A stretch of DNA of 64,000 bases from Octopus vulgaris (lineage: Eukaryota), in contig OX597818.1 in the NCBI GenBank assembly GCA_951406725.2, forward strand, positions 18,662,001 through 18,726,000, in the 5' to 3' direction. Positions 51,771 through 64,000 of this stretch are shown here, in pieces. The stretch's first letter is position 1; the number at the start of each line of letters is the position of its first letter. Below the pieces are notes generated by a model. That model was given only the letters and a program-made list of their open reading frames with translations, searched no databases and had not been told where the DNA came from. The position numbers and the translations under genes were made by a program.

Positions 51771-52861
51771 ATCATGTTGGGGCGTATTGATTCCTCTAAT
51801 GGAAATGAGATCGTACTTGACTTCTGTATATGATCGGTTTCGGTACTATTTATTCTCCACACCATGTTTAAATAATCTCAGATACGAGCGCTTAAACGCC
51901 AGATATACGCAGATGATACGAGTTATAAATGTTCTTTTAAATCTCCTGCATACATTGCTATGCCTCTATTCTCCAGCCTGTATGAACCGCATTCTAGATT
52001 GGTCATATTCAACAACATGATAATAAACACAAAGAGAAGCGAATGGGTCTTGTCTGATTTGTGTCGTTCTATATATATACAGCAAATATCAACAACAAAA
52101 ATATTTACTAGCTTGTAACCTGTTTTCAATTTGAATAAATTTTCTCTCTTCAAAATTTTGCTATATTTCTTCTATCTAAACCACTCGATTCTTGTCTAAG
52201 TTACTTAATTTCTGTTTTCTAATTCACTCAATTCATTGTGTTTATAAGGAATCGTTCTTTCCTCTTATTATTTGACAGTGTTCCGGCTGGACTTGTCTGT
52301 TCATTATTTTCTATTACTACATCCCTTTTGGCTAATAGTGTTTATTACTTCGATATTCTATTGTGTTGTCATCCATGCTAATGTTATATTTAATGTTTTA
52401 TTGTAGTGGAATTGTGTTATGCTACATTCCATTAGTATTTATCTTTTTACTTTTATGTTCAGCAAAATGTTATTAGAACATTTCGTGTGATTGATAATGT
52501 GGTATATTTATTTGCAGGCGAATCTTGTTATTGTACTGTCGCCAAATTTGTTAAGTCGATTTCATCATATTACCTGAGTGGTTTTAGTTTAACAATAAAG
52601 GCGGTTTTAATAACTCCCAAGTATTCGGAAATGGTAACGTATTTCCCATGATGTAAGTAGCTACTATTTCTCTCGTACTTGAAGACAACAAGGTCAAATC
52701 CTTGAGTGAATGAAGATCAAACGGCCTGCAATAAATTAACACAAAACCGCTTTCGCACAAGGGAACAATAGCATTAGCAATATTTTAGAAATTTATGTCA
52801 ATTAGTTGTCAAAGTGCCTGCATATTCTTTCGTTAACATATTAAATATCTGAAAACAAATG

Positions 52862-52892
<31 letters not shown>

Positions 52893-52900
52893 CATGCGTA

Positions 52901-53792
52901 CACCGACATGACAAAAGTAAATAGACACCCTGATAATCATTAAGATTTATTTAAATCTGAAATTATACATTCAAATCATTTATCAATTATTATAATGTGA
53001 ATATTTAATATTTAGTAGACATGCCCTTTGCATTTTTCAATGCAAGAATCATATTACCCATATTACTGATCAGATGACGAATATTTTTTTGCGGAATCTC
53101 GCGCCAAGTTTCATGCAGTAATCTCAAAAGATCTGGCTTTGAAGATGCTTTCTTGTTCTTTTTGTGAAGTGTCCTGTCCATTATTCCCCAGAGGTGTTCA
53201 ATAGGGTTATATTAAGTGACATGTTTGGCCATGGAAGCTTTTTAATGTCATTCTCTTCCAAGAAATCTTGGGCCACTTTTAGCTGTGTGACATGTAGCCC
53301 CATCTTCCATAAATAAAGCATCTTCTTTAATCATTTCACCACTTGAGAAGATTGGAACGAGTGCTTTCTGCAACATGGACACATATTTATATGATTTTAT
53401 GTTTTCCCCACACTCAACCAACTCTGATCAACCATTGCTCCAAATTGCTCCTCAGGTCATCACAGAATAGCTTCCATATTTCATTGTTGACTGCAATATT
53501 TTCACATCAAATAAATTTTTAATCACACTCGACCACTGTCAGGAAATACAGCAAATCTGGACTCATCAGAAAATATAACAGTGTCCCAAAATGCTAGAGG
53601 CCTCTCCACCATCTCACAGTCCCAATCTTTTCAGACAATTCCAGGGCTTCTTTTGTACATAGCATGATTAAACAGTCACATATAGAACCTGAAACATAAA
53701 AATGTCAATTAATAAAAAATATAAACTCTTACAAGTTAGAATAGACATAAAATGATGTTTTATGTGTGTCTATTTTTTCTGTTATGTCTGTG
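52901..53792 (-). mobile_element. Tc1 (DD34E) deletion derivative
   Basis: TIRs caccgacatgacaaaagtaaatagacac / gtgtctattttttctgttatgtctgtg. WDTVIFSDESRF, FMEDGATCH and WP...PIEHLW motifs. Confidence 0.85.
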
Positions 53793-53802
53793 GTTATATA
53801 TG

Positions 53803-53839
<37 letters not shown>

Positions 53840-53887
53840 AGGGAGGGAGGGGGTAGGGAGGGGGTAGGGAGGGAGAGAGAAAGCAAT

Positions 53888-56518
53888 ATGAACAAGGATG
53901 GAGTGATCATATCTTTAATTGATGATTATACCACATATTACTGGAGATTATTTCTATTATGTCAGAATATTTAGATATAAAATGGTACAAAATACCAGTG
54001 AAACCATTTTATCCGAGAATTTATGCTAAACACAATGTTATCAAGGTAAACCAAAACAGGTTAAACTGAAAGTGAACTGAAATAATATCTATAATACATG
54101 AACGCATACAAAAAGAATGTTAAGAAGAAATATAACATTCTTCGAAAATCCAGTTAGTGTTTAAACTTATGATAACGAAAGTATAAAAGATAAACATTGA
54201 AATTCTACGTCACGACATTTAGTTATCTTGCTATATATTTATTTATATATATGCTAAACAAATGAGGAATGTTATGCTTGTTAGAAGATTATAAAGAAAG
54301 CAATCATAATTAAGGCGTTATTCACTATTGAAATATTTAAATGCTTTTCAATATTTATGGGAATATTTCGCTATAAGACTGGGTCAAAATTATATAATTT
54401 TAATGTTGAAGCAATTGTATAATACATTTCTTCTAGGCAAAGATCGCATTAAAATTACCAGCATTGTACGATGGAGCGTAACTAATAATAGACCAAATTA
54501 TATCGTAGTCAGTCTCCGGTCTTTCAAATCACAGATGCATTCACTAAGATTCGTAGAATTAAATTTTCTTGTAGACTAAAATGAAGAAGAATGGTTATCT
54601 AATGCAGATTTCCAAATTATAGCAGAACAACTGATGTAATAATACGTACGATCTCCTACAATTGCCGTACTTTGATATACTATATACTTCTATAAACATT
54701 GATTTTCTAAAGGACGTAAGTTTGTTCTTGAACTTACGCAGGCTTTTATTCACTTGCATGTAGTACACATTGTTAAAAGACTTAGTACTAACTCTACTCT
54801 CAGAATTGTTTGTTAAACCAGGATAATTAGCAATATTATAATCAATATTATTAGTATGTTATCTAAAATGTACTATCAATTTCACCTTCACCTAAAATAT
54901 AAAAAAACTAATTTAGGAAAATTATAATTATAGTTTGTTTCATAATTGACAATAGAATTTATCATGTTTTTAGGATGATTGGAATTTTTTCCTTCACATA
55001 ACTTAAGCATTCATTCGTTTTATGATATTGTTAGTGTTGTCCTGTACATAAATCTAGAGAGACATCAAAGACGTTAACCTCACTATAATAATTTTCTATG
55101 AAAAGAGACAGACCGAGGTGCTTAAAATCTTCAAAAAGTGTTTTCCGAGACCTTTCAAGATTACTAGATCTGTGGGTAGGGAAAAGAGCATAATCCCTAT
55201 ACAATCCACTTCCTAATTCAGGAAATTCTCTATATGCACAGTTGAGAACATAAACGCCCACTAAATCAGTTACTTGTGCAGAGTAGCTGAACTCCATATT
55301 AAAGTCGAAATTATCAGGTTTATCAGCTTTGGTTCTGTGCTTTCCATCGAATTCTGTTACGGTTTTTCTAACCGTTAGTATTATATCAACTTCATGTTTA
55401 GATAATTCAGAATTCTTCATCGCGAAAATTAAGACCTTATTAAGTAGTATAGGGTTGATAGATGAGTAATAATTTCGATAAACCTAATTGAATGAATTTA
55501 GCACGCTTTTTATCCATAATATCAATGAACCAATCAAATACATACAAGGGATTAGACACTAAACATAAATAATATTTTGTCTAAGCTTAGGAATATACTT
55601 CTCAATAATTAATTTACCATTCTTATCAATATCCAATTTACAGGGGCAAATTAGCCTAACTTGCAGATTGATATTAAAATTAAGTTTATGGTCCTTTGCG
55701 TTTATTCTATGGTATTTGGGAGTGTAAGTTTCAATCCAGTCTTCTACTTGTAAATCTTCAACTACTTCCTTCACAATTAATTTAATGTTAAATAAATTTT
55801 CCCCAGATATTATTTTATAATCTTCCATAATTTCTGGTAATATTAAATGTGATTTTAGCCTAGAGGAAATTTATTATATAATTATTTCAAAATTAAAAAT
55901 ATTAAAATGTAGAACCAGTCTTACGTTGAAATGTTTCCATAAATATAGGAAAACATTTAAAGATTTCAACAGTAAATGACGCCTTAATAATAATTGGCTT
56001 TCCTATGGTATAACAAGCATAATTTTCGTAATTTGTTTATTTGTTTAATACGCGCGCACACACACGCACACACACACACACGCACGCACACACACATACA
56101 CACACACACACACACACACATACACACACAAACACACACACACACACATGTAGGTAAGTAGATAACTAAATGTGCTGAGAAAGAAACTCTATTTTTTTAT
56201 TCTTTTGTGATCTACTGACGTCATCATATGTTTAAATACTAAACGGGTTTTCGTTGGATTGCTATATTTCTTCCTAACATTCGTTTTGCATGCGTTCATG
56301 TATTATACATATTATTTCAGTTCACTTTCAATTTAATCTGTTTTGGTTTACCTTGATAACATTGTGTTTAGCATACATTTTCGGATATAATGGTTTCACT
56401 GTCATTTTGTCCGTTTTTGTATATCTGAATATTCTGACATAATAGAAATAATCACCGGTAATGTATGGTATAATCATTAATTAAAGATACGACTTTCTCC
56501 ATTCAATTTCATGTTATA
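53888..56518 (-). mobile_element. Naiad-type Penelope relic bracketed by ~300-bp inverted repeats
   Basis: KDHK.NF....VRLI.P.K.DI, FDFNM..SAQVTDLVGVYVL and GLYRDY motifs (55031-55828). 53888-54195 is the reverse complement of about 56200-56518. Confidence 0.75.
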
Positions 56519-56675
56519 CACCCCGGATTAATTATCATACACAAGCAATTAACTTAGATGTTAATTCTATTTGAACGTATTGCTATCTGATTGTTCGATG
56601 TAGTTAACCAAGTTCGCTTAATAGTGGGTACTTTCCAGATATATGCCTGGATTTATTAATCCCTTTTATCTCTGG

Positions 56676-56882
<207 letters not shown>

Positions 56883-56929
56883 CTTACTTACAAGCTGAGC
56901 AAAAGATATACATACGCCGCTATATGTAT

Positions 56930-57772
56930 ATCTACATCCAAAAAGGAGAATAAGAACGTAACATACGACAATAAAAGCATACAGACAGATAGACGATACA
57001 AATATGGACAGGAAAAACTAGGACGAAACATTTGTGGCATTCTTTCATCAGCTAAGCTTCCAATTATTATTATAGTTTCAGCCTATTACACGTAAGACTG
57101 TTCAAAATTGGTAGGCACAAAAATTCTAAGCAAGCGAATATATGCGAAAACACAGTCAATAAAATGAAAAAACGGAGAAAATGTTACACAATTACAAATA
57201 AAAACAAGAACAACAACAGGTGTCTTTCGACTAATAAAGATAAGTCTAATTTAGCTGACGTAAGCCTCTTACCTATTTCTTTTCCTCCCACAAGATCGGT
57301 GTTCGGCCAAGCATGATCTTTCTTTCTTGGCTTGACTGCCCCCCCGGACAACATATTTTCCTGGCTCCTGACTTTCATTTCTGTTCGTGCCTTAAGGCTT
57401 CCACTTTCAAGCCAGCTCAATTTAACTTATCCTTATTAGTCGAAAGACACCTGTTATTCTTGTTGTTTATATTTGTAATAGTGTAACATTTTCTCCGTTT
57501 TCTTTTTTTTTTGTCTGTGTTGTCGCACATATTCGCTTGCATTCTTCTCCAAAATTTAATGCACTTAGCTTAGATTTTTGGGGCCTACCAATTTTAAACA
57601 GTCTCAAGTGTAACAAGCCGAAACTGTAATGATGATTGGAAGCTTGACTGATGAAAGAATACCACGAATTATCCGTCCTGGTCTTTCCTGTCCGTCTGTG
57701 TATCGTCTATCTGTCCTCTGTCCGTATGCTTTTATTGTCGTCCGTTACGTTCTTATTCTGTTTTTGGATTTA
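56930..57772 (+). mobile_element. Short Penelope-like 3' end with inverted pseudo-LTR (long hairpin)
   Basis: 56930-57262 is the reverse complement of about 57410-57772, with a ~145-bp spacer. Flanked by (TA)n. Degenerate hammerhead-like gact..agtc GAAA. Confidence 0.65.
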
Positions 57773-57815
57773 TATATATATATATATATATATATACAAA
57801 CACACACACACACAC

Positions 57816-57877
<62 letters not shown>

Positions 57878-59267
57878 TATGATGTATTTATGAATGTATG
57901 TATGTGTGCGTGTTTGTGGGAGCGTATATATGTATGTGCTCGTGTACGTATGTATGAATTTTTCACCTATAAATATATGCATATATACATATATATGTAC
58001 ACACATATGTATGTATGTATGTATGAATGTATGTATGTATGTATGTATGTATGTATGTATGTATGTATGTATGTATGTATGTATGCCTGTATGTATTCAG
58101 TAATCATGAACCGAAGACAAGGCTTACTTACCAGTATTTAAAAATTCACTATTCTTCTTGGGGCACAGGAACTGATTCCCACATAGGCAGAGGGTCTGAT
58201 TCATAAGACATGTCCTGTGGTCGTGAGCAAGAAATTAAGCGCCATCTGGTGTTGTGGTTTTTGGGGCCCTATGCTATTCGTATAAATACCTCTAACTGGC
58301 CGAGGCAGGTCGTTTCAATGGTGAATGGTATGTTGCATTGAAGTGCAGAAGTGACCGCGAAATATCAATATCTGCCGCTCTCTTTCATTTCCGGTGTGAT
58401 TTCGTTTTGCCTAGCTTTAAGTGATGCTGTGTTTATAAACGCAATGTCTCTTTAAAGGAGTTCATCTCTGGACGACCTACCGTAACATCACAGCGTTTAA
58501 CTACGCACATACATTGTATCCCATATTAATAAAGTATATACACACATACACACGCACATACACATATAAACACATGTATACTGTGTTAAATTAATTATAA
58601 CCGTTTGAATACCAGCTCTATGCAAAACTTTGAAACAATGGAATGAAAGCAAAACTAAAGACATCGTTTTCACGTTACCAATATTGATTGTAATAAATCG
58701 GTTTTAATGATGTATATCAGTATTGGTTGTTATGACTTTGGCTAGGCTGTGCCTGTAATGAAGCATCTTATATTTAATTATAATGAGCCAACTCAGTTGT
58801 AGTGGTAATATACCTCAGTAGAAGTGCTTGTATTTATAGGCTTAAGCAATGCTTACGTTACATATCAATGGTTCTAATAACAGGTAAGCTCAGTGACAGC
58901 TGTATTCAGGCAGCTAAATCGTGTTTGTAATTATAGTGTATATCTTTGTATATTTTTAATCTATGAACTAATTAGTAGTAAATCTTTCTGTTAAATTAGT
59001 TATACGACGTTCACAAATGTATTGCTGGTCATCCCTATATTTATACCAATAATTATACTTTTAGCGTGCACTCTAGTGCGCGACTAATGAAATTGACTTC
59101 TGTGGTTCAAATGGGACACATCTTCTACGTACAATTTTGACTGCATCGAAGTAGTTCAATGGTGATGTCATGACATTTAGCAGGTGCTGGAATAGAGCAG
59201 CTCACTCAGGGTTTTAAAGGAAAGCACCAGCAGTGTTTTGCCACATTAAAAAGGGACTTGTTAAAAT

Positions 59268-59693
59268 TTTGTGGTTGTGTGCTTAAGAAACTTTGTTGAC
59301 AGCCATGTAGCCTTAAATTCACTCTGACTGCATGACACTTTGAGTAAGACACTTCTGCTATAGCTCCGGTCCGAGAAACTCCTTGAGGGTAGATTTGGTA
59401 GAGGGGGACTGAAAGACACCAGTCGTATATAAATATATATAGGGATATATGTGTGTGTCTGTGTATGTATATGTATGTGCGTGTATTTAAATTCGTGTTG
59501 CATTTGACTTCTACTACCGGCTGACAACCGGGTTTTGGTTTGCTTAAAATGCAGCGGTTCGGCAAGGGAAACCCACAGAATAAGCCAGGCTAATAAGAAA
59601 ATTAGTACTAGGGTCGATTTGTTCGACTAATCTCTCTAAGACAGTACCCCAACATGGCCATAGTTCAGTGATTGAAGCAAGTAAATGATAAAA
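59268..59693 (+). mobile_element. SINE family B (old, diverged)
   Basis: Colinear with 63613-64000. Confidence 0.7.
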
Positions 59694-59769
59694 GGTGACC
59701 GCGTTAGAGTAACCCTTCTTTCTCTCATAGAAACATTACGGTTTATCGATATTAATACATGCGCGTAAG

Positions 59770-59985
59770 ACTGCGAGCTGGCAGAATCATTAGCACGGTG
59801 GGCGAAATGCTTAGCGGCATTTCATTTGCTTTTACTTTCTAAGTTAAAATTCCGCCAAGGTCGAATTTGCCTCTTATCCTTTCAGGGTCGATAAAATAAG
59901 TACCAGTCAAGTAATGGGGTCGATGTTATCGACTATCCACCTCCCACAAAATTTCAGGCTCTGTGCTTTTATAGAAAATGATATT
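59770..59985 (+). mobile_element. SINE family A
   Basis: gcgagctggcagaatcattagcac..ttgcctcttatccttt. Confidence 0.8.
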
Positions 59986-61588
59986 AGTATATACGAGTAA
60001 ATATATTTGCTTTGTAGATTACACATATAACCTGTACACATCACATATGAACAGAAATTGGGAATATTTCTTTGTTTTACTTTTCTCTCGTTCCAAACAT
60101 ACGCTAAAATATAACTTAAAGCGTGTTTAAAATATTTTGACCGAAGCATTACTATTAATGTTAATAACATTCATCAGTTGAGTCACGCGAACAAGTTGAG
60201 AAGAAGAAAGAAAGGGAAAACTATTTGTCTCTTGTACTTAACTTGTTTAAAATGTTATCATGTTAAAGAGAAAAATGCAATCGTGTGTTATATTTGACTA
60301 GACTAAAACGCATGAATCTCTTCAATGTAGGGCAGAAGTTACAAGGAAATTAATACTATTAAAGATGGTGACACAAAATAAACAAAATACATAACATATG
60401 AACGAAGGTGAATTTTGCGACTTCCTTGGACCTTGCCAAACAGTTGAAGATGATGGCGTTATCCTCTGTGAAATGTATGTTAAAAGAGGACATTAGATAC
60501 AATTAGCAGGGTTGATTAGTATAGAACAGCTTTATATCATTGATGTACGTAGGTGAAACACAGCGCTATTTTTTCTAAAATGTCTTGTTTCATCTGCTGA
60601 TATTTTTGTTTTATACTGTCTTTTGTTTCGTTATCGATTACGTAACAAACCTCTTCAATAAAAATTACATGAACTCTAGCTGAACTTTAATCAATGAGTG
60701 TATAATCGCTCTCCCCACTGCGGTAGTAACTTTGATAGTACTTAAGCAATAATAATTGACCAGTGCATCTTACAATATCCCGTTTTCTCAACAACTCCAC
60801 AGTATTAAACGAAGGTAATTAATTTCCTAATTTATCCGCTTTTGTAACTACATATGGGTCATATTTTATAACCAGGTATCTGAATCAGTGTAGTATTAAA
60901 TATCCTAGCCATAATGTGATGTAAACGATATTACTAAACTATGCAGAGGAAGTGCATGATAGATTTATTACGAGATATAATAAGATTTATTGTGTGATAA
61001 CGTCATAGTTTAAATGAATTTCGAAAGAGATTATTGGTGTCATTGAACGAAGATGCAATGATATGGCATTTATTATTTCGAAACCAGCCTGAATGATTGG
61101 ATGATGAGCAACTGTAAATATTATATCACATAGGAGTGTGATAGTAGATGACATATTATGCAGGGTGTTGGATTTATTGATGTCACTTTACACTCCAAAT
61201 TGAAGTCGTACTGGAGTTGAATTGAAATTTTCTCCATCTAGAATCGATATGCAAGTTATTTCTTCAATAAATAAGTGGTCATGTAGTATCACTGTATGAC
61301 ATCATGTAATATAAGAGCCTTCCACTTTTACTGCTTATTTCTGCGCACGAATTTAGAGAGGTATTACCGTGATGATCTAAATAATATCAAGGTACAGACA
61401 ACTACTAAGAAATCCTCCAGGGCATTCGTCCATTGAGCATGTACTTTACAGAAGTAACTTTCTAACTAGTCATCGTATAGTTCTGGGCTTGATCCGAATA
61501 CGCGGAACCTTTTACAATTAACTTCTCGCGTTGACAAATTCTTTGTAAGTAGAATTTCATATAATGAAATCGTGCGAATGGTGCTCAC

Positions 61589-61589
<1 letters not shown>

Positions 61590-61619
<30 letters not shown>

Positions 61620-61733
61620 TGTATGTATGTATGTATGTATGTATGTATGTATGTATGTATGTATGCATGCATGTATGTATGTACGTACGTACGTACGTAT
61701 GTATGTATGTATGTATGTATGTATGTATGTATG

Positions 61734-61764
<31 letters not shown>

Positions 61765-61850
61765 GCGAGAATGCAGGCATGCATGCGTGTGCGTACGTAC
61801 GTATGTGTGTATGTATGTATGTATGTATGTATGTATGTATGTATGTATAG
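61590..61850. repeat. (GTAT)n microsatellite
   Basis: Direct inspection. Confidence 0.95.
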
Positions 61851-61871
61851 GTGTATGTGCATTTATGTGTG

Positions 61872-62345
61872 TCATCATTCAGTTTTATCTCAAGATTTCT
61901 TACCAATAGAGAAAGAGCTGGTTTCCAATGTTACTTCAATTGAATTTCAACAGCATCAAGAGGGTATTTTTGCATGTATGTGAATACATGTGCAGATTTG
62001 TATGTTCTGTTTTATGCATGTATTCTCTTGCATACAGTTGTGTGCCTAGACATGCGTATATATATTTAAATGATAAAGTTTTACAAATTTTTACAGTTTC
62101 AGGGTTGGCTCGGATCCACTTTTTCCTTTCTGGCTTTGAGAAACTTAATTTCTCAGGATTGGTACATATGCAGTGTATTACATATACCAGTGCCCCAATA
62201 ATAACACACATAAACCTGAACTTGTAACCTGGGTAGAGTTACTGAAGATTTCTCAATAGTTCAGCGTAGGTATTTTCTTTTTTATTGATCTTTAGCTTCA
62301 TGTTAATATCTGCTGGACAACTGGTTTCTACTACTGCACACAATT
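61872..62345 (-). mobile_element. 3' end of an RLE-type non-LTR retrotransposon (R4/Dong/NeSL-like)
   Basis: LCAVVETSCPADIN..K..KENTYAELLRNLQ..VIIGAL..TVKICKT followed by a 3' UTR. Confidence 0.7.
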
Positions 62346-63581
62346 TGTCTATGTATGTATGTATATATGTATGTAGGTGTGTGTATGCCTGCGTGTGTGT
62401 GCGTATGTATGTACGTACGTAGGCACGCATGTACACATGCATGTATGTATTTATCTATGGGTGTATATGATTGTGTATGTTTGCTTTTAGGTATTTCTGT
62501 GTATATCTGTTGCTGATATACGCCGACGAAAGATGTAAACGTTTGCCTGAAAATCAGTGCTTTCAACAAAAATAACCTATGTTTCATTTGTTCCGCCCAG
62601 TTAGACAATCCTAACCCACTCTCGCAATCGGAAATGCAATGGACCAATGATTGGTTCATTAAAAACATGTAATCGACGATACCATTGCGATAGAGAAAAA
62701 CAGATAATAAAATAATTATATAATAAAAACACCACCAGATTCTTTAGACCAGCGACCAAAATACCGGTCTTACAAAATCGATATGTTTAAAATAATCCGT
62801 TAACACTAACTCTGTAGACGTCATAACAAGGACTACCTCACAATAGATCATTCTATATGTGTTAATCAGCAGCGATACTATGACGTAATCAAATGACCTG
62901 ACCCGACAGTGATAGAGTTTTAATATCTATTTAAATACACATAACTTACACTGTTGATATCCTACGGAAACTCGTGAACGTTACAATGACAGATTTCTCT
63001 CTGCTGCAAAGCAAGGACTTTTTTTTCTCTCTGTTTACTCAAACACTCACTTCTGTCGACCGATTATTATTATTCGACCCGGTTTCGATTTCCGATTGAC
63101 GTTAATTCCATTAAAGTTTTAGTGTTGCATAGCAATGCAGTTATTAAGTCGTTTCGGTTTCGATCAATCTGGGCGATATTTTGAGCAAATGTCTTCTACC
63201 ACGGCCGAGACCTGACAAATATTATGCGATTTGAATTTAGTGGACGCAAATTCTGCAAAAGCCCGTCGCACACACACACACACACACACACACACTGATA
63301 AATTCACACATAGTCATGCATGGGCGCATATATCTGTGTGTTCATGAAGGCGGCGAAATCTAGAGTATTAGAATGTGGGAAAAGAATGCCTCGCAGTTCC
63401 TATCTTCTGCAGTGTGAATTCAAATACTGCAGAGTTCACCTTTCATTTCTTTGGGATCGATAGAAAAAAATTAATAGTGAAGGAAGTTGAATTAGCGTAA
63501 TTGTTAGAGCGTCGAACCGAATGCTCTACGATATCAGTTCTGATCTGCACATTCTGAGCTCAAATCCCGCCCGGTCACTAA

Positions 63582-63612
<31 letters not shown>

Positions 63613-64000
63613 GGCGTAGGAGTGGCTGTGTGGTAAGTAGCTTGCTTACGAACCACATGGTTTCGGGTTCAGTCCCACTGCGTGGCACCTTGGGTAGGTG
63701 TCTTCTACTATAGCCTCGGGCCGACCAAAGCATTATGAGTGGATTTGGTTGACGGAAACTGAAAGAAGCCCGTCATATATATGTATGTGCATGTTTGTGT
63801 GTCTGTGTTTGTCCCCCCCAACATCGCTTGACAACCGATGCTGGTGTGTTTACGTCCCCGTAACTTAGCGGTTCGGCAAAAAGAGACAGATAAAATAAGT
63901 ACTAGACTTACAAAGAATAAGTCCTGGGGTCGATTTGATTGACTGAAGGCGGTGCTCCAGCATGGCCACAGTCACATGACTGAAACAAGTAAAAGAGTAA
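63613..64000 (+). mobile_element. SINE family B, full length (runs to the window end)
   Basis: tRNA-like head ggcgtaggagtggctgtgtggtaag..gggttcagtccc, internal microsatellite, tail gactgaaacaagtaaaagagtaa. Confidence 0.92.

Overview
This is AT-rich, microsatellite-dense animal DNA, not prokaryotic. The SINE families and repeat mix point to an octopus/coleoid cephalopod (inference from recalled repeat families). I found no intact protein-coding gene; most listed ORFs are microsatellite artefacts or transposon relics. DNA transposons: two full-length mariners, a rosa/DD41D-like and a Tc1 deletion derivative, two complementary Chapaev3 halves, a composite Helitron with a PIF1 fragment and a nested GG-terminal MITE, and an 818-bp palindromic MITE dimer. 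Retroelements: Tx1, RTE, L2/CR1, CRE-like and R4/Dong-like LINE pieces, several Penelope-like elements (two Naiad-type), and three tRNA-headed SINE families. One decayed, apparently intronless parkin-like pseudogene lies at about 33.2-35.1 kb. The most interesting observations are: (1) a tRNA-headed SINE-like element ending in a well-preserved minimal hammerhead ribozyme (27045-27376, minus), plus other hammerhead relics; (2) modular SINE tail swapping, including a SINE tail shared with a (GATA)n-embedded Tx1 LINE; (3) a roughly 125-codon in-frame insert splitting a Penelope GIY-YIG motif; (4) a possible 6.2-kb inversion that split a Chapaev3 element. All calls come from manual reading. Boundaries are approximate unless TSDs or TIRs are cited.
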